A stretch of DNA of 64,000 nucleotides from Devosiaceae bacterium (GTDB lineage Bacteria > Pseudomonadota > Alphaproteobacteria > Rhizobiales > MH13): assembly GCA_045105395.1 (NCBI GenBank), contig JBGCDM010000007.1, positions 11,440-75,439 on the forward strand, in the 5' to 3' direction. The translations under genes and the position numbers were made by a program. The notes below the pieces were generated by a model. The model did no database searches. It had not been told where the DNA came from and worked only from the letters and a program-made list of their open reading frames with translations. Below, one piece after another: positions 40,649-50,670 of the stretch; the stretch's first letter is position 1, and each line of letters starts with the position of its first letter.

Positions 40649-41164
40649 TCAGCGCGCATCATTTGACACATCAAATCGGCCAAGCCGCGTGTTTTTATGA
40701 AGGCTTGCAGCTTCATACACGCACCCATTCATCACGCCATAGACGCCAGCAGGCAATGTCTGCGCGGCAATAACGGCGCCGCCCATGTTGAACGATGCAT
40801 CAGAGCGTCCAAACGAGTGCGGCCGCATCGCACCGGTTAGAACCACCGTTTTGCCAGGAACCTGCCCGGCCAAAAAACGAGCCGTAATTTCCATGGTGCC
40901 CGTGCCCTGGCTGACAACAAGTGCGCTTTGCTCAGCAGCAAGCACAGCATCCAAAATCAGCTGCCGATCAGCATCGGTAAAATCTAAACTGTCTTTCATC
41001 ATCAGCTCATTGAGCGATGCGTGGTAGCAGCGGGCATTGTGCAACAGATCAGCGATCTGTGCCTTACCACCCAGCTCAAAGCCCAAACCTTCGGTTTGCC
41101 AATCATGCACCTTTTCAATGGTGCCACCGGTGGTGAGGATCAAAACGTCACGCATCATGATCAA
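40649..41164 (-). CDS. Short asparaginase-family protein (N-terminal catalytic domain only)
   Basis: 171 aa. VLILTTGGTIEK matches the TGGTI nucleophile motif, SQGTGTME stands in place of HGTDTM, LTGAMRP matches GAMRP, and ...SLHKNTRLGRFD matches the K-T-x-T region. The C-terminal domain of type I/II asparaginases is absent. The start lies 10 nt after the tolB stop. Confidence 0.6.
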   Translation of the reverse strand: MIMMRDVLILTTGGTIEKVHDWQTEGLGFELGGKAQIADLLHNARCYHASLNELMMKDSLDFTDADRQLILDAVLAAEQSALVVSQGTGTMEITARFLAGQVPGKTVVLTGAMRPHSFGRSDASFNMGGAVIAAQTLPAGVYGVMNGCVYEAASLHKNTRLGRFDVSNDAR

Positions 41165-41174
41165 AGGATCAGAG

Positions 41175-42542
41175 CTAATTCAACAGTGGCGACCAGGCCG
41201 GGTCAGAACCAAAGCTCGGCGTGGCAACACGCAGCTCGTTGCGGCCCGTTAGATCGATGGTCCACAGTTGCGGCCCGCCATTGGCACCAGGTGTATCGCG
41301 GAAGAACATCAATACCCGGCCATTGGGTGCCCAGGTTGGCCCTTCATTATGGAAACCTTCGGTAAGAATGCGCTCGCCAGTGCCATCAGGGTTCATCACG
41401 CCGATCAAGAACCGCCCACCCTGTTGCTTGGTGAAAGCGATTAGGTCACCACGCGGTGACCAAACGGGCGTTGAATAGGTGCCAGAACCAAAGGAAACGC
41501 GCTGCTGCGCCGAGCCATCAGCGTTCATCACATAAATCTGGCCAGAGCCTGAACGATCCGAGGCAAAAGTTACCTGTCGCCCGTCCGGTGAAAAGCTAGG
41601 CGAGGTGTCAATGGACGCTGAGCTGGTCATCCGCGTGGTTGTCTGACTTTGCAGATCAAAGCGATAGACATCAGAATAGCCATCATTTTGCAGCAAACTG
41701 AACACGAGATTGCGGCCATCAGGCGCAAAGCGCGGGGCAAAGGTCATGCCCGGGAAATTGCCAACAACGCGCCGCTGTCCGGTCTCAATGTTGAGCAAAT
41801 AGACCTGCGGCTGTCCGCCATCATAGGACATATAGGTGATTTCTTGCCGTCCTGGTGAAAAGCGCGGTGTCAAAACCAAGTCCGTGCCCGAAGTTAGGTA
41901 GCGAATGTTAGCCCCATCCTGGTCCATAATGGCCAGCCGCTTAACGCGCGCTTCCTTTGGGCCGGTCTCATCAACAAACACGACGCGAGTATCGAAATAA
42001 CCGCTCTCGCCGGTGAGGCGCTGATAGATCGCATCAGAGATGATGTGCGCCACACGGCGCCAATTGTCCGGCGTTGTGAAATATTGCTGACCGATCATCG
42101 ATTCCGCGCCAAAAACATCCCAAAGACGGAAGTCCACCCGCAGGCGCCCATCACCCTGCCGCTCAACCTGGCCAACCACCAGCGCCTGGGCATTGATAAC
42201 CCGCCACTCAGCAAAATTGGGGCCAGCGTCAACCGTTAGTCCCTGCTGAATGAACGAGCTTGGGTCGAGCGTGCGAAACAAGCCAGAGCGATTGAGATTG
42301 TTGGAAATCACCTGGCTCATTTGCGAGGCTATGTCAGTATCACCCGTGCCCGAGGTAAAAGCTGGAATAGCAATCGGCAACGGCTCAACATTGCCTTGTG
42401 TGATGTCAATCTCAAGCACCGCATGGGCTGGCCTCACCAGCATCAGGGCACCAAGCAACAAAACCATTGCGCTCATCATTATGAGCTGCACGGGGTTTGA
42501 AAATTTCTTGGGGCTTGGTTCCATCATTAGCTTCGTCATCAC
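41175..42542 (-). CDS. tolB: Tol-Pal system beta-propeller protein TolB
   Basis: A signal peptide (..LMLVRPAHA) is followed by the TolB N-domain and repeated propeller blades (P.FSPDG..., [14 protein letters not shown]). Several in-frame Met codons near the N-terminus make the start uncertain. Confidence 0.9.
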   Translation of the reverse strand: MMTKLMMEPSPKKFSNPVQLIMMSAMVLLLGALMLVRPAHAVLEIDITQGNVEPLPIAIPAFTSGTGDTDIASQMSQVISNNLNRSGLFRTLDPSSFIQQGLTVDAGPNFAEWRVINAQALVVGQVERQGDGRLRVDFRLWDVFGAESMIGQQYFTTPDNWRRVAHIISDAIYQRLTGESGYFDTRVVFVDETGPKEARVKRLAIMDQDGANIRYLTSGTDLVLTPRFSPGRQEITYMSYDGGQPQVYLLNIETGQRRVVGNFPGMTFAPRFAPDGRNLVFSLLQNDGYSDVYRFDLQSQTTTRMTSSASIDTSPSFSPDGRQVTFASDRSGSGQIYVMNADGSAQQRVSFGSGTYSTPVWSPRGDLIAFTKQQGGRFLIGVMNPDGTGERILTEGFHNEGPTWAPNGRVLMFFRDTPGANGGPQLWTIDLTGRNELRVATPSFGSDPAWSPLLN

Positions 42543-42572
42543 ACTTCACTCCTACAGCCGCGCAGCATTTGC

Positions 42573-43541
42573 TTAGCGTACCATGTCACGCGGGTCGAAA
42601 TTCACTATCACATCCTGCCATGCAGAATACTTCTCAAAGGGAAGAGAATAAGGCGCGCAGCGGCGCACAGCGCGCACGGCGCTATCGGCAGCGGCTTGAA
42701 ATGCTGGATTGCCAGATGAATTGATCACCCGTGCTGCACCGTTAAGCGCGCCAGTCTCGGCTAAATTCAGCTGCACACGCACCACCAAGTCACTGGCGCC
42801 AACCGCACCAACTGGTGGGTTCCAACAGCGCGCAATCTGGCGGCGCAGCGCGTCCATCTCACTTTCAGATAAGCGTTGGTCGCGCCCTTCAGGGGCACCG
42901 CGCGTCGCGGGTGCCGTATCATTGGCACCGCCGCCGCCTTGGTTTTCATCGCGGTTGATCAGCGCTGCAATTTCATCAGCGTTAAACTGCTCATCTTGCG
43001 GCTGCTGTACCGGTTCAGGCCGTTGCACCGGCTGGGGCGCAATATCTGGGCGCGCAATGGGTGCAGGCGCTGCAACCCGTGCTGTCTGTGTCGGCTCTGG
43101 TTCGGGCGTAGGCTCTTCAGCTGGCGCAGGTTCGGCAACCTCTGGCTCAGGCGGCGCTGGGGCAGGTTCCGGCTCTGGTTCCACAGGCTCGGGCTCAGGT
43201 TCGGGTTCTGGCGGCGGTGGTGGAGGTGGCGGCGCAGCGCTATCAGGGGTCGCCAACGCATTGTCTGCTGCGGTGGCCGCATCTTGCCGGCCCTCGCCGC
43301 CTGTATCAGTGCCACGGTCAACATCTGATGGGCCAGCCGACGGTGGCGCTTCTGGTGTGGGCAAGGGTTCAGCTGTGCGCGATCCACGTGTAATTTGGCT
43401 AAATTCTTCAGGCGACAAGATATCAACAGGCACAGCTTGCGCGGTCACCACATCAAAGGGATCGGGCTCGGAAATGTTGATGACCATGCCCCCAAATAGG
43501 GCGGCATGTAGCAACAAGGATGTGGGGACGCCTAACCGCAT
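42573..43541 (-). CDS. tolA: Cell envelope integrity protein TolA
   Basis: An N-terminal TM helix (LLLHAALFGGMVI) is followed by a long Pro/Glu/Ala linker and a TonB/TolA-like C-domain (RQIARCWNPP...VRVQLN..G......). It sits between tolR and tolB. Confidence 0.85.
   Translation of the reverse strand: MRLGVPTSLLLHAALFGGMVINISEPDPFDVVTAQAVPVDILSPEEFSQITRGSRTAEPLPTPEAPPSAGPSDVDRGTDTGGEGRQDAATAADNALATPDSAAPPPPPPPPEPEPEPEPVEPEPEPAPAPPEPEVAEPAPAEEPTPEPEPTQTARVAAPAPIARPDIAPQPVQRPEPVQQPQDEQFNADEIAALINRDENQGGGGANDTAPATRGAPEGRDQRLSESEMDALRRQIARCWNPPVGAVGASDLVVRVQLNLAETGALNGAARVINSSGNPAFQAAADSAVRAVRRCAPYSLPFEKYSAWQDVIVNFDPRDMVR
43092..43235 (-). repeat. Low-complexity poly-Pro/(Glu-Pro)n coding repeat in tolA
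   Basis: The translation is PPPPPPPPEPEPEPEPVEPEPEPAPAPPEPEVAEPAPAEEPTPEPEP. It generates the spurious Gly/Ser-rich antisense ORF 42709..43650. Confidence 0.8.
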
Positions 43542-43570
43542 AATTGATCTACCGACGCAAAATCCGCCGC

Positions 43571-44020
43571 CTAAGACCCTTCTTCTTCAGCTGTCACAAG
43601 ACCCAAACGCTGGTATCCAGCGCCTGAAATGCGCGCCATCACCTGCATAATGGTGCCGTAATCGGTGCCACGGTCTCCGCGCACAAAGATGCGTGTATCC
43701 ACACCTTCAGAGGCAATGGCTTCCAGGGTGGAAAGCAATTGTTCCAGCGTGGTTTCGGTTTCTTGCAAGAACACGCGGCCATCGGCGGTTACCGATACTG
43801 TGATGGGCTCTTCTTCGCTTTCTAGCGCGTTGGCGGAGGTTTCGGGCAAATCAATCGGCACGCCAACAACCAACAAAGGCGCGGCGACCATAAAGATAAT
43901 CAGCAGCACAAGCATCACGTCCACAAAGGGCGTAACGTTGATTTCGCTCATCGCGCGCGGTCGATTGCGACGCCTGCGACGCGAACCACCCGATCCACCT
44001 GAGGCAACACCCATGCCCAT
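43571..44020 (-). CDS. tolR: Tol-Pal system protein TolR (ExbD/TolR family)
   Basis: SEINVTPFVDVMLVLLIIFMVAAP is the canonical ExbD/TolR TM segment. The protein is 149 aa and lies directly downstream of tolQ. Confidence 0.9.
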   Translation of the reverse strand: MGMGVASGGSGGSRRRRRNRPRAMSEINVTPFVDVMLVLLIIFMVAAPLLVVGVPIDLPETSANALESEEEPITVSVTADGRVFLQETETTLEQLLSTLEAIASEGVDTRIFVRGDRGTDYGTIMQVMARISGAGYQRLGLVTAEEEGS

Positions 44021-44041
44021 AGCGTTTATCCTTTGTTGGGC

Positions 44042-44779
44042 CTATTCAGCCGCTGCCGCACCTGCACCAGCGCGCTCGTCGATTTGGCGCGAAAGAATGG
44101 CGGAAAACTCATCAGCAAAGCCTTCCATGCGGGTTGTTTGACGGCCGACATCTGACACGAATTTGTTGTAGAAAATTGTCGCCGGAATGGCCGCAACGAG
44201 GCCAAGCGCTGTCGCAAACAAGGCTTCAGCAATACCCGGAGCAACAACAGCAAGGTTGGCATTTTCGGTTGCAGCGATGGCCTGGAAGGCGGTCATGATG
44301 CCCCAAACCGTGCCAAACAGCCCGATAAAGGGACCTGCCGAACCAACCGAAGCCAAAACCAGCAATCCGCTTTCCATTTTTTCAGATTCCCGCGCCAACT
44401 GCACATCCAGCACTTTCTCAATGCGGGTCTGCAAGCCAACAATAGAGCGCGCATTGCGTTCATGGCTGCGCTTCCACTCGCGCATGGCAGATACAAAAAG
44501 CGCGGCCATCGTCGTGTTCGTGCGCTGCGCCGTCACTTGATAAAGCTCTTCCAGCGACTGACCGGACCAAAACACACGCTCAAAACGGTCCATGGCCTTC
44601 TTGTTGCGCGAGAACATAAGGTACTTGTCGATCACAATGCCCCAGCACCAGACCGAAGCAACGACCAAGCCAACCATCACGATTTTTACGACGATATGCG
44701 ACTGGAGAAACAAGCCGTAGAGCGATAGGTCATGCGATTGCGCATTGAGCGCGGTGGTAAGGACGTCGGTGCCTTCCAT
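44042..44779 (-). CDS. tolQ: Tol-Pal system protein TolQ (MotA/TolQ/ExbB family)
   Basis: ORF trimmed from a TTG (44791) to the ATG at 44779, which has a GAGGA RBS. It has three TM helices and the conserved segment ASVGSAGPFIGLFGTVWGIM. Confidence 0.9.
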   Translation of the reverse strand: MEGTDVLTTALNAQSHDLSLYGLFLQSHIVVKIVMVGLVVASVWCWGIVIDKYLMFSRNKKAMDRFERVFWSGQSLEELYQVTAQRTNTTMAALFVSAMREWKRSHERNARSIVGLQTRIEKVLDVQLARESEKMESGLLVLASVGSAGPFIGLFGTVWGIMTAFQAIAATENANLAVVAPGIAEALFATALGLVAAIPATIFYNKFVSDVGRQTTRMEGFADEFSAILSRQIDERAGAGAAAAE

Positions 44780-44993
44780 GGGAATCCTCAAGGCTTGGGT
44801 TGGTAAAACTTTAAAGCTGGCGGGCGCTGGTGCGCCGCGAATGTGTCATCAAAAGGACACCATGCTGCAGCGCGAAATATCCTCGTGCGCAGCCGTGTCT
44901 TAAACGCTGGTTTAAGGCACCAACCCTAAAACATGGTTAATCAAGCGTTAGCGAAAACTGCAGATGAGATAACGGCACATGACGTGGCAGCGT

Positions 44994-45407
44994 TTAAGCT
45001 TGCCCAAACAGATCGCGTGCAGCTTGTGGCATGCGAACAGGGCGCCCTTTGCCGGTCATACAGGCAACCGTTACGCGTGCGGTGCACAGCTCTTTGCCAT
45101 CAAGCAGCACCCGCTGATCGATATAGCCGCGCACGCCGCTGGTGGAGACAGGAATAGCTTCCACGGTCAGCAGATCATCAATACGCGCGGGCGCTTTAAA
45201 GGCGATGTCCATAGCCGTTACCGAAAGGAACACATCATCCTTGGCTAGCTGCGTTTGGTCGATGCCAGCGCTGCGAAGGGTTTCGGTGCGCGCCCGCTCC
45301 ATGAACTTCAGATAATTGGCATGGTACACAATACCCGCCAGATCGGTGTCCTCATAATAGACACGAACGGCGATGGTGTAATCAGGGGATGGTTCAACAA
45401 GAGACAT
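44994..45407 (-). CDS. ybgC: Tol-Pal-associated acyl-CoA thioesterase YbgC (4HBT hot-dog fold)
   Basis: VRVYYEDTDLAGIVYHANYLKFMERARTE is the YbgC/4HBT signature. The protein is 137 aa and lies upstream of tolQ. Confidence 0.85.
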   Translation of the reverse strand: MSLVEPSPDYTIAVRVYYEDTDLAGIVYHANYLKFMERARTETLRSAGIDQTQLAKDDVFLSVTAMDIAFKAPARIDDLLTVEAIPVSTSGVRGYIDQRVLLDGKELCTARVTVACMTGKGRPVRMPQAARDLFGQA

Positions 45408-45521
45408 ACCTAGCTCTTACAACCCCGCTTTGGCCGCCTCAAGGGCGCGGGTCTCGACTTCAAAGCGTAGGTGTGAAATGCACCGGCTAGACCGTGTTCT
45501 AGACGCTAGGCAAGTTAGATT

Positions 45522-46730
45522 TTGACCACACAAAAAGCCCCCCTCATCCAGCCAGGTCGCGCAGAATTTGTGGCACTGGCAGCCATTCTTATGTCCATCA
45601 TCGCGCTGTCGGTGGATATTATGCTGCCTGCATTTGGCGCGATGAGCGACCATTTTGCACTCACCAATGACAATGACCGACAGGCCATCATCACGATCAT
45701 ATTTGTTGGCCTTATGGTTGGCCAGCTCGTGTTCGGCCCACTGTCCGATTATATCGGGCGCAAACCCGCCATTCTTATCGGCATTGGCTTTCACATAGCC
45801 GGGTCATTGCTGTGCATTTTTGCTTCCGATTTTACGATGCTGCTTATCGGCAGGTTCCTGCAAGGTTTTGGTGGCGCTGGCCCCCGCATAGCCATTGTCG
45901 CGCTCATTCGTGATCGCTTCGAAGGGCCTAAGATGGCGCAGGTTATGTCGATCACGCTGACCATCTTCATCTTGGTGCCAACTTTTGCCCCTGCAATCGG
46001 CCAGGTGATTTTGCTGGTTGCACCCTGGCAAGCCCTCTTTGCAGCTCTGCTTGCAATGGCGGTGATTGGTGGCACCTGGCTGACGCTTCGGCAGCCAGAA
46101 ACACATACGCAGCGCGCGCCCTTTCATGCAGAACAGCTCATTGCATCAGCGCGCATGGTGCTCACAACGCCTGTGACTGTGCTCTATGCGATGGCGGCTG
46201 GATGCGCATTTGGCACACTTTTGGGCTACATCGTTTCCTCGCAACAAATCCTGCAAGACCTTTATGGAACAGGCGATTTGTTTGCGTTCTATTTTGGCTT
46301 AACGGCAGCTTTTGTGGCGCTCTCCAACACGGTCAATGCCTGGTTGGTCAGCCGCTATAGCATGGAGAAAATAACCGCATCGGCCATCGCTGCACAGGTG
46401 CTGTGGTCGCTCGGCTTTTATGCCTGGCTCCTGGCTTCCGGCCAAACGCCATCGCTCATGGTGTGGATCGTGTTTATCTCGGTCACGCTGTTTCTGGTTG
46501 GCATGACCTTTGGCAATTACAATGCCATCGCGCTCCGCCCCTTAGGCAAAGTCGCAGGCATTGCATCCTCTATCACCGCATCCATTCAAAGCCTGATCAG
46601 CGTTGTGGTCGCGGCAAGCGTGGGCGCTGCGTTTGCGATGAATGTCACACCGGTTGTCATCGGCTCGTTACTCATGGGCCTGGTTGCCTCCATGCTGATG
46701 ATCGTAGCAAGACGGCTTGAGCAAGGCTAA
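45522..46730 (+). CDS. MFS transporter, Bcr/CflA-type drug-resistance subfamily
   Basis: There are twelve predicted TM helices. The N-terminal motifs LSVDIMLPAFGAM and GPLSDYIGRKP are typical of Bcr/CflA. The start is TTG. Confidence 0.8.
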   Translation: MTTQKAPLIQPGRAEFVALAAILMSIIALSVDIMLPAFGAMSDHFALTNDNDRQAIITIIFVGLMVGQLVFGPLSDYIGRKPAILIGIGFHIAGSLLCIFASDFTMLLIGRFLQGFGGAGPRIAIVALIRDRFEGPKMAQVMSITLTIFILVPTFAPAIGQVILLVAPWQALFAALLAMAVIGGTWLTLRQPETHTQRAPFHAEQLIASARMVLTTPVTVLYAMAAGCAFGTLLGYIVSSQQILQDLYGTGDLFAFYFGLTAAFVALSNTVNAWLVSRYSMEKITASAIAAQVLWSLGFYAWLLASGQTPSLMVWIVFISVTLFLVGMTFGNYNAIALRPLGKVAGIASSITASIQSLISVVVAASVGAAFAMNVTPVVIGSLLMGLVASMLMIVARRLEQG

Positions 46731-47602
46731 GGCTGCCCATCTTCAGCGATAAAGGCAAACCCTTGGCCATCACGCTGGATACGTCCGACTGCCGGAAATG
46801 GCATATGATAGCCCGCCATAAGCCATCCCTCATCGGCAATTTGTCCAAGCAACCGCTGCCGCGTTTTTGCAGCCTGCTCACGATCAACATCAAGTCTCAT
46901 ATGCCAAGCGGGCTGAGCGATTGACCAAACGGGATGATTGGCAAGGTCGCTGGCAATAAAAAATGTTTTGGTTTTGCTGTCCAATTTCACACACATATGC
47001 CCCGGCGTATGCCCAGGGCTGGCAACCAATTGCAAACCGGGCAAAAGGTGCACTCCTGGACGCACACCCCTTACCAGATCACCCAAAACACCAAGAATAT
47101 TGCAGGCCATACGACCCATGTCGCTGTTGGCTGCTGCGCCTGTCCAATACGCTATTTCTGCAGAATTGATGCTATAGTGGGCATTGATAAAGGCTGGCTC
47201 GCCAGCAGCGTTTAACAAGCCGCCAATATGGTCGCCGTGCAGATGCGTAATAATCACCTGCGTTATCGTTTCCGGTGCAATACCTGCTTGCTCCAGCGAA
47301 GCCAAAAGATTGCCCGCCTCTGGCTGCATAGACCAGCCATGCCCAGCATCGACCAATATGCGGTGCATGCCCGCTTCGATCAAAGTAACCGTGACGGGGA
47401 AGACAAAACTGTCTGTTTTGATGTTGCGCGACGCAGAGAAGGTAGAAAAGTCTTGCTCCGTTGCATTGAGCCCAAAAAACTGATGCGGCTGCGTGTGCTC
47501 AACAAAACCATCACGCAATTGCGTGACGGTGAAACCGCCAAGGGCAAAACTATGATGAAGTTTCGGCGAGGCTTGAAGCACCGGTTGACCCAGAAAAAAC
47601 AA
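46727..47602 (-). CDS. MBL-fold metallo-hydrolase
   Basis: THLHGDHIGG matches the HxHxDH zinc motif, and SPGHTPGH is also present. The start is TTG (47602) or GTG (47581). Confidence 0.8.
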   Translation of the reverse strand: MFFLGQPVLQASPKLHHSFALGGFTVTQLRDGFVEHTQPHQFFGLNATEQDFSTFSASRNIKTDSFVFPVTVTLIEAGMHRILVDAGHGWSMQPEAGNLLASLEQAGIAPETITQVIITHLHGDHIGGLLNAAGEPAFINAHYSINSAEIAYWTGAAANSDMGRMACNILGVLGDLVRGVRPGVHLLPGLQLVASPGHTPGHMCVKLDSKTKTFFIASDLANHPVWSIAQPAWHMRLDVDREQAAKTRQRLLGQIADEGWLMAGYHMPFPAVGRIQRDGQGFAFIAEDGQP

Positions 47603-47684
47603 TACTAAAGGTGAGGTAATATACGCATGGCTTCTGCCATGCGAAAGGTCTGCTCACTAAGACATTGGGTGGGCTTGTGGCGGG

Positions 47685-48731
47685 CTAGTTTTCGTCTTCT
47701 TCGCCTAAGGAAAGCGCCATTTGTGCAGCATTAAGATCACGCGGAGCAGCAAGACCCAGATGGGTGAAGGCAGCAGGCGTCATCAAACGGCCACGCGGTG
47801 TGCGCTGGATAAACCCTTGCTGAAGCAGGAACGGCTCAACAATTTCTTCCAACGCATCGCGCGGCTCAGACAAAGCCGCAGCCAGCGTCTCAATGCCCAC
47901 CGGGCCACCGCCAAATTTGGTAGCGATGAGGTCCAGATAGCGCCGGTCCAGCATGTCCAAACCAATGCTATCAACATCCAAGCGGGTAAGTGCGGCATCA
48001 GCATTTTGTTTGGTGATGTCACCGCCACCTTCAACCAATGCAAAGTCGCGCACACGGCGCAGCAAACGACCGGCAATACGCGGTGTACCCCTTGAACGTC
48101 GAGCAATTTCACGCGCACCATCATCAGATATCGGCACGCCAAACAACCGGGCGCCACGGCGCACGATTTTTTCCAGCTCCTGGGTTGTGTAAAACTGCAA
48201 GCGGATGGGAATGCCGAACCGATCACGCAAGGGCGTTGTTAGAAGTCCAAGACGCGTGGTGGCGGCCACCAATGTGAACCGCGCGAGATCAATCTTGACC
48301 GAGCGTGCCGCAGGCCCCTCGCCAATGATCAGATCAAGCTGGAAATCTTCCATCGCCGGATAGAGCACTTCTTCCACTGCAGGGGTCAAGCGATGAATCT
48401 CATCGATGAACAACACATCACGATCTTCAAGGTTGGTAAGGATCGCCGCAAGGTCACCAGCTTTAGCAATCACCGGGCCGGATGTAGCGCGGAAATTGAC
48501 ACCAAGCTCGCGTGCAACAATTTGTGCCAATGTTGTTTTGCCAAGGCCCGGTGGACCGACAAAAAGCACGTGGTCGAGTGCCTCTTTGCGTGTGGCGGCT
48601 GCCTCAATAAAAACCTTCAAGTTAGCGCGCGCATCCGCTTGTCCGGTAAAATCATCCAGCGCACTGGGGCGCAGTGAAACCTCATCTGGCGCGCGCGTTT
48701 CAGCGTCCAAAAGGTCAGAGCGCTCGCTCAT
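47685..48731 (-). CDS. ruvB: Holliday junction branch migration ATPase RuvB
   Basis: [12 protein letters not shown]...[15 protein letters not shown]...LFIDEIHRL are canonical RuvB motifs. The start overlaps the upstream ORF stop (ATGA). Confidence 0.95.
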   Translation of the reverse strand: MSERSDLLDAETRAPDEVSLRPSALDDFTGQADARANLKVFIEAAATRKEALDHVLFVGPPGLGKTTLAQIVARELGVNFRATSGPVIAKAGDLAAILTNLEDRDVLFIDEIHRLTPAVEEVLYPAMEDFQLDLIIGEGPAARSVKIDLARFTLVAATTRLGLLTTPLRDRFGIPIRLQFYTTQELEKIVRRGARLFGVPISDDGAREIARRSRGTPRIAGRLLRRVRDFALVEGGGDITKQNADAALTRLDVDSIGLDMLDRRYLDLIATKFGGGPVGIETLAAALSEPRDALEEIVEPFLLQQGFIQRTPRGRLMTPAAFTHLGLAAPRDLNAAQMALSLGEEDEN

Positions 48732-49174
48732 GTCGTTGGACCCAATCCATCACCGTTGCGGGTAAAACGCTTAAGGCTAAACCACAGCAAAGATGCGCCA
48801 AGCAACGTAGTGACGGTAAGCGTAAGGCTGGTTATGCCGCCAACAAGCAGCGACATGACGGCAAAACCCAATACCCCTCCACCAAGAATAGCAAAAGCAA
48901 TCCAGCCAAAGTTAAGCTGGCGACCTGATAGTATGACCCAGGCCAAACCAAGCGATGTCAGCAAAGCGGGAACCAGGCCATAAAGATAGCCCACCAAACT
49001 GCCCGAAAGCAGAAGCGCGAAAACCGCGCGGGGATAATCAGCCAGCGAAAGCCGCGCCAAATCATAAGAGGGATCACCTAAGACCTGCAACGCAAGCATA
49101 ATGATGCCCGCTAAGGGTGGAAGGAAAACCACTGAAATGCAGACGACAATCAAAACCAGATGAAGCCGTTTCAT
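48728..49174 (-). CDS. Small polytopic membrane protein (paralogue of the upstream ORF), function unknown
   Basis: 148 aa with ~4 TM helices. ATGA overlaps link it to both the upstream ORF (49171-49174) and ruvB (48728-48731). It shares the motif [14 protein letters not shown]...LAW with the neighbouring ORF. Confidence 0.65.
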   Translation of the reverse strand: MKRLHLVLIVVCISVVFLPPLAGIIMLALQVLGDPSYDLARLSLADYPRAVFALLLSGSLVGYLYGLVPALLTSLGLAWVILSGRQLNFGWIAFAILGGGVLGFAVMSLLVGGITSLTLTVTTLLGASLLWFSLKRFTRNGDGLGPTT

Positions 49175-49731
49175 GTGTTCACCGGCCCCGCGATAAGTGC
49201 GGCGGGATCATCCCGCCCCCAAAAACGGGTAACGCGGGAGAGAAGATAGGCTGGGACAACACAAATGATGACATTGAACATCGCCCCAAAGTCGGCGTTT
49301 TTAAGCCCTGCGAACTCGCTGACCATATAATAAAGCGCGCCGATCGCCATGCCCAAAAGCACCGCACTAAAGCCAGTGACAGGGCCGCGCCATCCCTCGT
49401 GCCAGGCTATAACAGCACCAATGATAATTGCCGGAATCAAACCCAAACTGTACGCCAGAAAAGCCCCAGAAAAACTTAACACGAACGCCCTCGGCAAGAA
49501 CTGAACCAAGGCTTCAGCCGCACTTGTATCACTACCAACCATGGCCGCCAGCGCCAGCGAAATGCCAGCAACGAGGCCAGCAATGGGCGGGCCTGCAATC
49601 AAAAACAGCGCACTGATAACCAAGGCTCGCGGCCAAGGTTTTTCTGGCAGCGTGATTTTAGATCGAGAAAGGGCAGCATCAAGGGACAAAGGCAACAACC
49701 AGCAGATAAATGGCAAAAGCGACGCCAGCAA
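49171..49731 (-). CDS. Small polytopic membrane protein (paralogue of the downstream ORF), function unknown
   Basis: Up to 186 aa with ~5 TM helices. The motif SGAFLAYSLGLIPAIIIGAVIAW aligns with that of the 148-aa neighbour. The track start is a TTG at 49731 and several in-frame TTG codons follow, so the start is uncertain. Confidence 0.6.
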   Translation of the reverse strand: MLASLLPFICWLLPLSLDAALSRSKITLPEKPWPRALVISALFLIAGPPIAGLVAGISLALAAMVGSDTSAAEALVQFLPRAFVLSFSGAFLAYSLGLIPAIIIGAVIAWHEGWRGPVTGFSAVLLGMAIGALYYMVSEFAGLKNADFGAMFNVIICVVPAYLLSRVTRFWGRDDPAALIAGPVNT

Positions 49732-49930
49732 AAATCACAAATCGGCGCTGAAGTTTTTCATACGCACGTTTGACATAATCATCCTGCGTCACAAGCACCC
49801 ATGGCTTATCCCACACATAGATACGGCCATAGACATCGTTTTCAAACCGTCGCTTGAAGCCCAGTCCACCGATGATGAGGACTGGGATAAATGCAAAGAT
49901 ACCGACAAGCAGGATGATCAAAATCTTCAT
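49679..49930 (-). CDS. Small two-TM membrane protein, function unknown
   Basis: 83 aa. There is one TM helix at each end (ILIILLVGIFAFIPVLIIGGL and FVIFAGVAFAIYLLVVAFV) around a charged loop. It lies 122 nt downstream of ruvA on the same strand. Confidence 0.5.
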   Translation of the reverse strand: MKILIILLVGIFAFIPVLIIGGLGFKRRFENDVYGRIYVWDKPWVLVTQDDYVKRAYEKLQRRFVIFAGVAFAIYLLVVAFVP

Positions 49931-50052
49931 GCGGAAAACAGCTTTTCATGTGCGGTGTTGAGCGCAAACAGATGCGCTTGAGGCGTTGTAATCCAGCGAT
50001 CCAGCAAGCACCAGAGCGCGATTTCATTTCTCAAATGAAGTTGAACGTAGCG

Positions 50053-50670
50053 TTAGTTAGACAGCGCCTTAAGGCCCAAGCGGATAAGCGTTGAGGCGGG
50101 CGCATCGTCCCCCGCCTCGTTTACAGCGCTCGCCACCGCGCCAGAGGCTTGCTGCGAGGAATAACCAAGATTGGTGAGCGCGGAGACAGCATCCATCACC
50201 GCCGATGCTGCAACGCCTTGCCCAAGCTCCTGCTGCAAACCGATTGTGCCCGTTGCATCACCCGACATGGCAGGCGCTTTATCCTTCAGTTCAGCCACAA
50301 TGCGCTGGGCAACTTTGGGGCCGACGCCGGGTGCGCGCGATACGGTCGCCTTGTCCTGCAAGGCAATGGCGGAGGCCAAATCACCGATTGAAAGCGTGCC
50401 TAAAATGGCCAGCGCTACCTTTGCGCCCACGCCCTGCACCGATTGCAGCAAACGGAACCATTGGCGCTCTTGCTGGGTTTCAAAGCCGTTGAGGCGGATG
50501 AGGTCCTCGCGCACCAGCGTATCGATCCAAAGGCTCACGCCATCCTCGCCGCCGATGTAGCGGGCAAGCAATTTGGAGGAGCCAAAAACCTCATAGCCAA
50601 CGCCCTGCACATCTAGGATGAGGCTTTCTTCCAGCACGGTATCAACACGGCCTGTGAGCTTCCCAATCAT
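50053..50670 (-). CDS. ruvA: Holliday junction DNA helicase subunit RuvA
   Basis: [10 protein letters not shown]....[12 protein letters not shown] and the helix-hairpin-helix segments [16 protein letters not shown] and [16 protein letters not shown] are present. The start overlaps the ruvC stop (ATGA). Confidence 0.95.
   Translation of the reverse strand: MIGKLTGRVDTVLEESLILDVQGVGYEVFGSSKLLARYIGGEDGVSLWIDTLVREDLIRLNGFETQQERQWFRLLQSVQGVGAKVALAILGTLSIGDLASAIALQDKATVSRAPGVGPKVAQRIVAELKDKAPAMSGDATGTIGLQQELGQGVAASAVMDAVSALTNLGYSSQQASGAVASAVNEAGDDAPASTLIRLGLKALSN

Noticed and set aside
42709-43650. 313-aa + strand ORF (Gly/Ser-rich) opposite tolA
   Set aside because: It mirrors the Pro/Glu repeat of tolA. 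The tolQ-tolR-tolA-tolB context and the TolA N- and C-terminal domains support the minus strand.
45417-45794. 125-aa minus-strand ORF between ybgC and the MFS gene
   Set aside because: Most of it overlaps the N-terminal TM helices of the MFS transporter, which carry conserved Bcr/CflA motifs. Its product is rich in Cys, His and Arg and looks non-protein-like.
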